Shown here: positions 13,001 to 25,000 of the stretch, piece by piece
Position numbering within the stretch: the stretch's first letter is position 1
Layout: the number at the start of each line of letters is the position of its first letter
The notes under the pieces: generated by a model
What the model was told of the DNA's origin: nothing
Database searches by the model: none
What the model saw: only the letters and a program-made list of their open reading frames with translations
Position numbers and translations under genes: made by a program
Origin: Balanoglossus misakiensis
Lineage: Eukaryota; Animalia; Hemichordata
Length of the DNA stretch: 64,000 nt
Direction of reading: 5' to 3'
NCBI GenBank assembly: GCA_040954595.2
Contig: CM082576.2
Location: forward strand, 13,829,129-13,893,128

Positions 13001-16000
13001 AAAGAATATTATTAAGTTTCAGAGGATGTGAAAATCATTCCACACCTCTGTGCGAATTGGAAAATCTGTTCCCGTAAAATAGGAAGTCGTCTAACGGTAC
13101 TTTGTTAAAAGCAAAATGATTCACAGCTTGTACAAAAGAGCCGCCTTGAAAAACTATTGAGGATCCTAAATACTTGTGCTGATCAGGGACTGCCCCTAGA
13201 TACAGTCTCATACCGTAACAGCACTTGAAGATCCCTGCGTTACCGTCTTGTCGTTGCGCAGTTTTGCAGAGGTTCAGAATCCCCTTTCCGGATTAAGAAA
13301 TGCTCTCTGAAGTATTGCGTGCGTGGTAGGGTATTGGCAGTATGCGGTTATGTCATGTCTCTTGACTACCCCTGTGTGGTTTACGCGGGTTTTACTGGGA
13401 GGTTTTTGCAGTGAGCAGGCCATTGTTAATGTTTACTGGAGCAATTTAAAGTATCCAGTTGTCGATCGACCGGATTGTGTGCGATTCAGTCTGCGGTGTG
13501 TGATCCGGTCCCTGTGGAAAACATTTATCAAATCGTTTTTTTTAAGCGAATGTTTGCGCGGATTTCGAAAGGGAAAAAAAAGACAGCCCCTTTAAAGGGT
13601 TTTGTCATGTAAATTCGCAGAGTATCGAGAAGAGTACAGAACAGTCGGGTCACTGTATGAAAGGGTTAACGCACCTCGCTGAATGCAATCCGCACGAGAT
13701 TTTTATTGATCTCTGTGACATTCGAGAAACAATGGCCGTCTTCAGAATTGTTATTCAAATTGCAGCCTCTTGCCTCTCGCAATTGTCACCGCTGAAAGAC
13801 GTCTTTACGTTATGTAGTAAATGATCCGGCGTTGTCTTGACCGGCGAATAATTTCACGCCATTGCAAGTTTTTGCAACGACCTACCGGCTCCAGTTGTCA
13901 TGGTTTTGTTTGAGTGATGGGGGCGGAGAGTTCCAAGGAGAGCTCGTCTCACAAACATCACCACAAATCCAGAAAATTCCATTTCAAGCGCAAGAAAGTA
14001 AGTTTCCTTAAACGTTAAACATAAGTATTAAGTCTATCGGTCTCTTGTTTACCGAGACAAGATTTCTATGGGGGTAATGTTTGTGATCACATGGTATTAT
14101 GAGAGATTTCATTGTCATGGTCGCCTGCCCTGGGAAAGAAGCTATCCTGTTTTGTGAAAACGTCGAAAGTTTGGACACCAGCTGCGATCCGGTGCTGCTA
14201 CGATCGTCGGACAATTGAACACAACGGAATTGACCCACACCATTGTACCTGGTCTCACTCCAACCCTACCAAGGTTGTGTCATTGTAAAAGCACTGTTGA
14301 AACGTCCGAGTCTCTTCGGTGTAGTTACGGGTCCGACCACCGTATCCATGAAAATCGGACCACAGAATAATAAAGATTTTTATGGCGCGATTGCGTTGGG
14401 ACCGAGTAAACAGCTATTCCCTCTTAAGGTGTTGTGTTTTCTAACGATCATTTGTCACACCTAATGGCGATAATTGGCAGTAAAACAAATTGCTATTGTC
14501 CAAAGGTTTTCAGTCAAGGCTTTTGGTGGAACCCGTTCCTAATAAAAACTGATCAGCCACAACCTTACAAGGATGTGGCCAAGCCCTGTATAGGGACATC
14601 AATCAATGCCACAGTGCAGAACATAACTGTTGCGGCCATTTCACACGTTATTACTTATAACTGTGAATTCTCAATAAAAGAGCTCCCAAGGATGGAGAGG
14701 TCATTCTCAATGTCAATATCACAACATTGCACGGTAGCTGCCCCTGTACGGCATACTTAGTGATCGCAGTCATTGACTTCTGTTATAGCTATGTCATTCC
14801 AAAATGAGAATATTAACTAAAGTTAATACGAAAAAAATATGTCCATCATATAATTATGTGTTTGTTTTGATTTTCAATGTTCCAACATCTCCTAGCATGC
14901 ATACCAGCTTGTTTAGGCATAAGCAAGAAAAAAAACACAAGAATTAGTGCTTTTCACCGGATTTGTATAGAATGTCTAACACCAAACACGTTCAATAATG
15001 CTGGGATCTAAAAAATGGCTTTTTACTGCTTAAGGCTGGGTGTTCAGCAAAACTACTTGTTGATTGAGTATGTTTTCAACTGCAGTGAAGATAAACCATG
15101 TACACAGGCAGAAAAAATAATGCAATTTTTTCAGTTCAGGATTTTTTGAAAATATCACAGTACTCAATCATCACAAGTAACTAGTGACACATACAATTGT
15201 GTTGCATTGTATTGTTTTGCAATGCAGTGTATTGTATTGTATTGTATTGTATTGTATTGCGTTGCACTGTATTGTATTACACTGTACATGTATTTCATTG
15301 TATTGTACCTTCCTTTCGGAAACTTAAGAAAAACAACCACAGGGGGTAGTTCACAGATTTTAACAATTTGAAAATAATTTGGTTGTGTGAAGTGTTGAAC
15401 TTGAAGTCTGTTGACATCACAGTTTTGTATGAAAGCAATCTTCTCAGTAGAATAACCCTTTTCTCTATATTTTCGACTTTGTTGCACTTGAGTGCAATTT
15501 AAAACTCTTATTTCCAAAAATGCAGTGTTTTGAACAAGGGGGTATCTTTAATCAACAAAACTTCATTGCAGAGTTTTAGAATAAACAAGAAATGGTTATA
15601 GGGCATGTCGCATAAAGTATTCTTTTTTTCCACATCTGAATGAAATATTTTTAGGCAATAAAGTACCGGTATAGTAAAACTTGAAATCATGAAAATAATA
15701 CATGTAGAGTTTGCTACATAGCTGGTTTTACAGTACTTTACAATGAACATAACCACACTTATCTTAGAATGGTTGTAGGTGCATCAGCTATCTGCAAACC
15801 AACTGTATTGCATAAGATATTCGTTATCGGTTATGACATAGATACTAGGGGGAAAAGGCCTTTTCTGTGGCCAGGGTCTGGTTGTGAGGACTATGACAGT
15901 ACACCTGGTTTCACTGTAAAACTCCTCATGCAGATCGCAATACACAAATCTCTCCATACCCTGATATGCTCCATTACTTTTCACACATCGGTTCTGCTGA

Positions 16001-19000
16001 TTCAGCGACCTCACGAGGTTTCTACTTTCTACTCTGGCAGTGTTAGACATCGTGAGATTTCTGAGGTTTTGTCTTCCAGCAATAACAAAGGCGGATCAGT
16101 TTTCAGTCTCCGAAGAGAAAAAGAATTCACATCTAGCAATGGATTGGCTGTGTTTACGAGAAATGGATACCAACAAGCATTTGATAGTGTGGAAAAAATT
16201 CACCCGCAACCCCCACCGTTGTTGTTTGTGTTTTTACAGCCCATGTTATTTGCCGCCAATTTCATGCATGGAGTTTGGTCCCTTTAAAGCCTCTGGGTAT
16301 TGTTGTCATACTCTAAGTTAGAGAGTCCAGCCCACCCTCGATACGGTGCCTTTGAGGGCAACCATTCAACCAATCAGTGCTCGGGCCTGACCGCCGTACA
16401 TAAGGTGGCCCAATTGTCGTCCTTCCAAATACCCTAATCTATTGTTTGCGCACCACTTTCTTCTGTGTCACTGTGTTTGCCAATGAGGCATTTCTCTTTT
16501 GTTGCTCTACAAGGTTACAGCCAGTTTCACGCTCATTATTCAAATGGGTTGTTGGTAAACACCGGTGTTATTTATTAACCCGGGGCATTTATTGATCTGC
16601 TGGGAGAGAAATATACGAGCTGCACCCTGGGACTCTGGTTGCTATCATGCTATCAAAGTAGGCAAGGTGTTTTGGTTGTGCGGTTCAACAGGTCTGGCTC
16701 GCATACCTGTATGCTAGAGGAACTGTAGTACAATAGCCTTTGTCATGTAGTCCAGGGGGGGAATGGTCACGATTTTGAGTGACACGCACTGGGTAACAGA
16801 TATATTGCCTACTTTAATACCCTTTGTCAACTTGTTCATAACCAGTCAGTGGCTATTTAAATAAAGATGCGTACGTACGGACACGGCCTGCACTGAAGGT
16901 GGCGCAAACATTGGAACGTTGGCCATGTAGGCTGTGACTAGGATTTTTAAAAATCGAATCGACGATTGTGTGTGGAGAACCCCGCGACCATGGCTTCACT
17001 GGACGTCCCGGAGGAAGTGGCCAGCATTCTGAGGTGCATGGACTACAGCAACTACGAGCTGAAGTGGAAAGTGTACACCTCGAGAAACAGCGAGATCAAG
17101 CAGCTGGTGCTGACCTGGCAGCGGCTGACGGACTCCTCCGGCCGGTCGTCCACGCCGGAGTTCGAGGAGTCGGCCGTCCAGACCGCCGGGGCCAAGAAGA
17201 AGTCGCCGTCCAAGAGGCGCAGGGACAGCAAGCGGCTGCAGAACTGGCTCCTGGAGAAACAGAAACTGGAGAGCCACGAAGAGATCTCGAGCCACGAGGA
17301 CGAACCCGACGATGAACCAGAGGACGAACAGGAGGACGAACGGGCAAGTCCGCTGCATCCCGACAGCACGCTCCACGAATCGGGATTTCATGATTCTAGC
17401 GAGGTTGAAGTGAGTTATACCTCTGAGTTTTCGTTTAGAAATGACACGAAAATTTTCCTTTTAAAAATCAAGTCATAATATCCGTCTAGGAGCTCAAAGG
17501 TCAGTGAATATCGACTATCATTCACAGGTATTACCAATTTTTCTTTGGGACCAAATACAGTGAGATCGGAGTGTATGTAGGTATTGGTGTCACCACGTGA
17601 AATCATTTCCATGGTAACACTGTAAACTATGAGATATCGAGCTATCATATATCATACTGGGCCTCCATTATGTCCAGCCTTCCGTGATAGCCTGAGGTTT
17701 AAAGATCAGGACACTTTTTGGCATCCTGCCAGTCAACAAAAATATCTACTCTTGTCCACAGCGAAGGCAAATAACGCAAGCCCCGAAAGAATTCGACTTT
17801 ATTGGTTTTTCTCTGATATGGAGGAACGCTCTTTAGTTTACATCATTCTGATCAAGTTAGATTACTCGGGGTGTTTTGTTTTGTTTAATGAGCTTTGCGA
17901 CGCCTAGATAACGGTGAACAAGCAGCAGAGGAGCGTGAAAGAATCGGCCAAGGAAACTCCTTTTCACAGCGTTCAATGTTGAGTGTGATTAGTTGAAAGG
18001 GATCTAGCGCTTGTGAAAAGACTGTTTTTCCAACCGGTCTTTGTTGGTTTAATCTTGAGCAGTGTTTCTTCTCTCCCCCGGCAGTTCTTATGTAAATATT
18101 TCAATTTGAACGGTGTCCTGTCCTATTCTTGACCAAGTACGATCTGTGGGGGTTCACGCGCCCGTATCTAACAACTCAGTCCACCCCAATGAGCATTGTA
18201 TTGACAGCAGAAGTGACTGAGACGTCGCCACAGTGATTTATGTGGTCAGTGCTGTTTCCAGCGATTGTAGTTTGCAAACCCACTAAACTGCTTTTACAAC
18301 AAATTGCAAATGATATCCCGTAGTACTCGTTCAGAACCAGAAAAACTAAGAGAGGTGTTTGTTGTATTTTGGAGGCGTGTCCCTGCCGTATATCATAAAA
18401 AGCCGTGACCATTTCTGGTATGCTGATCACATCACAAAGTTAAAGAAAAAAGTTTCCGATTCATTGTGGATGCTTTTAATGCTAATGACCGTGAAAAAAT
18501 CAATATGTTGGCAAGAAAGTGACATTCGGGAATAAAAAGAAAGTAGGTGTTTGGTGGTCAGAGGGCCGTTGTAATTTTTATTGCAATTTTGGTTTTAATG
18601 TCAGTGTGAGAGAATGGATGAATAATCTTGATGGCATTGCCAACATTAGCATTGTTACATGCTGTATGTATCAGTAAGTGTAATGGATATGTATGTCAAG
18701 TTCAAATACATATGGCAAAAACAGTATCATCAAAGAAGAATTTTTAAGTTTTCATGATCAGTCAATTTAGAAAATATTCTTCAAGACTGAAATATACAAA
18801 TATGTATGAAAACGATGCAAATTTTGGATTTTTTGTACTGACGCAAACAAATTGATTAAAATCTGTAGTTGAGTGCAGTCAGGTCACTGAGGCTGCAGTC
18901 ATGAGTTAAAGGTAATTGCGGCTGTTGTAAATTCCTATATTGCTAGCACCGACAGTAAGTCCAGTGTTTAGGTCAACAGAGGTTGGGCTGCAGAACCTAA

Positions 19001-22000
19001 CAACACTTACTGTAGTAGTGTTTACAGCAAACTTTGATTTGTGGCGCTTTCGGCTGTTGACAGAGCATTTACTGGAGTGTCTTCTGTGTTTTTTATTTTT
19101 CTTTCATTGAACAGCGGCTGTCTGGAGATCTTAGCAGCAGAAAAGAGAGTTTGGATAGCTTGCATTCGGCCGGCGATAATGTGTGCACGTTCTGTAGCAG
19201 TCCGGACGAAGCCATCATCGAAGAACATCTCAGGTAAGAAAGGAAGGAGATATTTCTCACTCTTGTTTGTTCCGGGTTTGCTGTGATTTATTTGTCTGAG
19301 TGTCAGTCACCTTCATGGAAACTCAGTGAAGTGTGAAAAGTTGTAATTTGATAATGCTATAAATATGGGCACATTGTTACATACTGTGATGTAATTCATG
19401 TTGTGACATACTGTAATTCGCATCCAAACCACCGACTATCTCTGAGAGAAAGAGGAATCGTAAAGGTTTATAAAAGATTAAAAAATATAAAACAATATGT
19501 TTTGTCATTGGATCAAAAAGGGAATAAATGAATGGTGACGATGCTAAAGTTTCAGTTGCAGATATTAAACAGAAATTGTAATGGTTCAACTCACAGTAAA
19601 CACCTGTTGCATAATCTTGTAAAGTGTTTGCACTTGACACATTTGTTTTGTTCACACTAGCAAAATCTGATTAGGACCTTGTCCGGTTTACAGTTATCCT
19701 CCCTGGGAATAGATTTGATCCACATGATATTCACAATTGAAATCAGTGCTGGAATCAGGGCCAACATACATGTACATGTAATTAGCAGTATGTTTTCTAT
19801 GCTGAAAATCAACAGTGAGGGCTATAACTGGGACCGGGGCTGGCATAATGTGTTCACACTACAATTTAAGCCATTCTGTATCTGAATTAAACTTGTTCAG
19901 TCTTTAGTCTGACACAACATGGCTACAATTTGTCATTTTAGCAGAATTAAAACCTTGAAGTTGACCAATTGTCTGATGTGAACCCCTACTGGGTACTACA
20001 TGTACCTGTATTGTGTGCTTTGTTTTGCGACTGTATTTATAGACACAATACTTCACCAGCAAATTTGTCTTTCAAGCTGGTCATTAACCACACTTCAAAG
20101 TGATTTGTCCAAGTGTTGGGCCTCAGAAGATAGCATCAGAGATAAATTGGCGTCAAAGACAAATATGTTTTATTTGTTTCTGTACAAAGTGCAGTTGTCA
20201 GCATCAAGTCCATTATCATGACCCTCCCCCAAAATTAAATAGTTCAGAGCTGATATGATATATGTAGTCTAAAAATGAATGTAATATTTCAAGATTAATT
20301 TCATAGTTTTGTGCTGTCTTGCTAGTTAATACAAATTGATTGTCTTCCTAGCTTTCATCTAAACCCTTCAACATATTGGCTGTTAGTATAAAGTGTCACG
20401 TCCAGTTTACCCACTGTCAGCCGTAGCGAAACTTCATGGCTTTGTGTGTTTTGATTGCAGACAAGTACAAGATCGATATGACAGCCTCCACGACAGAACT
20501 CGACTCAAAGCCCACGCTGTGGAGGTGGTCCTCCTGGATTACTCCACACTGGTGGAACGTGTCCAGGAATTCCTGGGGTGGCTGGGCAAGACCGAACGCA
20601 CCATGACATCGCAGGGACCCATCAGTCCTTCAGTTGAAGATGCTGAGTCACAGCTCGAACTACACACTGTAAGTAGTGTACTTCACTGTACAATGAGAAA
20701 AAATACACAGTTTGTGCTGTATTGTAACTTATTTGGTTCCCATGGCAATACTAAAATGGAAACCTTATTATAATAAAGTATTTAAAAGTGACTGAAACCT
20801 AAAAAAAACTAAAAAAGAATCTGAACTCGAATAATTGATTCAGTATTGTGCATTTTGAATTAGGCGTGTGGAAATTATTGTTGTCAACAGTGGCTTTCAG
20901 TACAGTATCTGAACTATTGCCTGCTTAATGACCTTCTCGCACCCGTCTGACAATAAAAGCAAAAAGAAGCATTTGTAAGAAAAACTTGTGGCTAAAACCG
21001 GCTTAATCAAAAGTTACAGAGAAATCACGTACTGTACTGGACCAACAATGCTGCAGTCTCGGTGTGCACTGCTAAGTTTTGGACATGCAGCTACAACCAG
21101 GCAACCTGAATCGAAACAACAAAAATTTGATAACTGTTTTAGATCTTCAGCGATGAAAAAATGATTCTTCGCACTTCTCCTGTTCAAGTGGCAAGGGAAA
21201 TTATGTCGGACCAAAATTGAAGCGACATTCGAACACAACAATGCAAAACGTTCCAGGTCCGACAATTGCCCCTTGCACAAAAGGTGCACACCTTTTTTCA
21301 TAGTGACAGCACGAAAGCACTGATAACAACAGCAATAAAATAGACACTGACAACCAATTTTAGCTGAGGGGGACCAATGTTTTTTAATCACATTGTATCT
21401 GAAGAGAATAGATCTCGTTGCATTTAGAATGATTAGAAAGTGAGCGACCTAGTGTCCGATACAATCACATTTATCCTTTTTGACTACCGGTACTGCTAAG
21501 TATGTTATCGAAATGTTAACTGATGTCTCTAAAACTTTTTGTCAACGTCCATTTTATTGATATCTTCATCAGTGCTTTCTGTGCACCAGTAACATAAAAA
21601 GGAATATAGTAGATATAATTCTAGGTAAAATTTACCATTCAGTTAAATAATTTACCAGTTTTGCATGACATATGCAGACATTTATAACTATATTTAAATA
21701 AATTCATAGATTTAAACAAAATTTGCAAATTCTTGAGCCTCCATTAGCTATGATGTAAAGTTTAAATGATTTATTTTAGAGCGATGTTTTCTCATCATGT
21801 TACCGCACAAGCTGGCCACAAAACATAGTATGCTTGATCAGAAGTTTTACCAGATAAAATATTGTTTTGCCAATTTTTAGGCGCTGTGCACCGACATTGA
21901 GAGCAGGCGATCCCTGGTGGACAGCATTCGTGGACAGGGCGATGCCATCCTGCGCGGTCTGAGTCGCGGCGAGCGAGAGCACATCCAGAGACAGATGCAG

Positions 22001-25000
22001 AACGTGCAGAAACAACTGGGTCTGGTGGAGGAGTTGGCCGGCAACCGGCAGAAGAGTCTGGCCAAGAGCATCAGCGACCGCAGAGAGTACCACGCCAAGA
22101 TCGAGGAGTGCCAAGCATGGATGGACGAGATCGAAGCCTCGGTCCTGGGCGAGGTGCAGCCGAGATTGCAAGTTGAAGATGTCGAGAAACAGATTCATAA
22201 CATACAGGTAAATGATATATTTTCAAATCCAGGCAGGTACGACCAATCGCGTTGTATAGAAAGGTGTGACCTGAATAAGGCCTCAGGGCAATGCAAAGGT
22301 CTTCAAGTACTCCTGTCAAGAAGAAAAAAAAATCGTCAATTCTTTGTGAAGCTCTCTCAGGCTGCTAGAGATTTTATGTCCTATTATTTGGACCGGTCGT
22401 TGTTATGTGGTCTGTTTTGAATCCCAATCCCAGTGCTTTTAGAAGTGTGTTCTTATCGCGAAAGGTGAATGCCACACTAAGCTGGTAAAAATTGTTAAAA
22501 TGCTTGTATTCATGATGATAAACATTTGCAGGGGCAAAGGTGTCAGCTCTGTTTCTCGTCAGAATTCCACTGTTTTCCCCGTTTACTTGTGTATTGTGCA
22601 GTTGTTTGTTCTGCTGCAGCCCAAAATAGCCATCAGATTGACGAATTGCATCACACCTGAATGTCATGAAATGGAATTTAACTCCATCAAAGAAATATTA
22701 ACACCCGATGAAATGCTTAACTCGCATGGAATTTGCTCCATTCAGATATTTTTTTATATTAAATGCTGGTAAATGGCAATGTGATCTTTTCAAAAATGTG
22801 AAGTGATTATTCTGAATTTCGAGGCCCGGACCTTACGACCCTTGACCTCAGTTAAATGGAATCTGCTTCTTAATTGGGCGAACGCTTTTTGTTGTATTAA
22901 CCAGGTACTGGCGGAAAATATCGACGAACAGAAACCTAAAGTTTTGGAGTCGCTCTCCCTGGGTAGGCTGGTGCTCGTCGACGGAAGTGAAGACGACCAG
23001 AGAACGCTTGAACATGAATTGCAAGGTAGGAGATATGAATTTATCTTTCTGCAGTCAAAAATCCACATAGCAACTCTCTACCTGTTGGGAAATGTTTGCC
23101 GTCCACCTTTTTTAATGTGGTGATGCTATTGTCAAGCTGACAAAGGACTTTTTAAAAGTTGTTTTGTTGCCGGTCGCTGAAGTAGAAAACCGGTACAACA
23201 ACAGTGGGGACCTCGGCGGAGGACAGCTCTTGTCAGGAGGGAGTCGTCTTCTATTGTTCGCCTTTCAAAAAAAAACAAGTGTGAACACGCTACGGAGGAG
23301 TGTGTGTATTAGCGATGTGTGAAGCCGCCGTGATAGCTGCCTGAACCCTCACCTGGTCGGAAGTACTCTGAAAGAAAAAAGGGAATTGATCCAGAAACTG
23401 ACAAATTTGTTATGTTTACTTTTAATACCATGATTTGATGGACGTATGTTTCACTAGAAGTATTTGAAAATCAGAAATTACTTTTATGGGTACTACAGAT
23501 ATTAACCAAAACATATTATAAGTGGAATTTGGGAAAACTCTTTTATGGGGTAAAGATGTTTGAATTAATTGATATTGAGATATCTAAAAAGAGAAAGATA
23601 TCCAAATGTTATAGATGCATTCTGAAGGGGGCGAGGTAGTCCAGGCTGGGCTTGGGGTGGATAAAAAAATGACGTCTTGATTAAAATGAACTAAACCAGT
23701 TATAGGGAAGGTGTGTGGATTTTGATGAGACACTCAAATAGTGGGTGTGTCCTCAGGCCCTCATAAGACACTCAGACAGATGTCTGACTTTTTATTGATA
23801 CTCAAAATGACATATAAGAATGATTGGGTTCCTAGTAATATTGCGTGTGCCGATGTTAATGTGCACTTGCAGTGGTCACAATTCCACATCCTGGGTGCTC
23901 TAAAGTTTATATTTCTTTTTTTTTTGAAAGCAGTAACCATAAACATGTAATATCTTTTCATAGAGTACAGATATTAGATTTTCATGGTCTGTCTTCTTGT
24001 CTACCATAAAATTTAATTGTTACGCAGCCTGCTAATTACATAATTCCCGCAGAAAGACTGAAAAAGAATAAAGAATATAAAGTTCACATACGATGTCTGA
24101 CATTTATTTGTTTGTCCAATTTTCACCCCAGATCTGCAGTACAGGTTTGAAAAGCTCAACAGGACATGTCAGGAGAAACAACATGGCCTGGAGGATACCC
24201 TGGAAAAGAGGAGGAGTCTCCATAGCGATATAGACAAAGTTGCAACTTGGATGAAGCCGGCGGAAGCGAAACTGTCGGAAAACATCAAACTCAACTGCCC
24301 CATTGAGAGAATCGAATCACAACTCAAACAGCATCAGGTAAATTGTCATTCTCAAGATGAGGGTCTTCTGTGAAGAAGTGGATGCTTATCTGACGAGTGG
24401 AGAAAATACTAGTCTTGACAAACCGACACCAAATACTGGATTGACCAAATTTGGATCAATAAAAACAAGTGTCTATATTAATTGAGTGTGTCTGCCTTTG
24501 GCATAATACATGCTTGTATATTATTGCATACCCGCCCTTTTCCCAAAAGAATGTTGTTGTTTTTATGACAGTCAATATTCTTTATGCATTTTTCTCCAGT
24601 CTATGTGCAATGACATCAAGTTTTATGAGACTGCGCTGGAATCGATCAACAAACAACGTGAACAGGTTCTGCCCGAGTTGAACGACCAAGACCGAGAAAT
24701 ACTCGAAGACCAGCTGGACAGACTTCAAGAACAGTGTAAAAGGTAATATTGCAACTTTCATGCAGGCGTTTCGATATTACTAAGGTTTTTGTCACAAGTT
24801 TGGGTATCACTAATGATTGTGAAAGCGGGAACAAGAATAAGTCTGTCACAGGAAGATCGTGCATAGTGTTAATGCAGTTTTACTGAATTGCTGAACTCTC
24901 CAGGTACAAATGGAATTTAATTTCTAGGGTGTATCAGTGGTACATATTGGCAGATTATGAAGGAATGCCTGACAGGAAACAGACAGGATATGTTTCATTA

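Noticed and set aside
15769-16287. 172-aa plus-strand ORF
   Set aside because: No coding-like composition, recognisable motif or compatible splice donor.
16968-17391. Overlapping alternative-frame and antisense ORFs
   Set aside because: By-products of the GC-rich coding island; only the 16990 frame has Kozak context and an in-phase donor.
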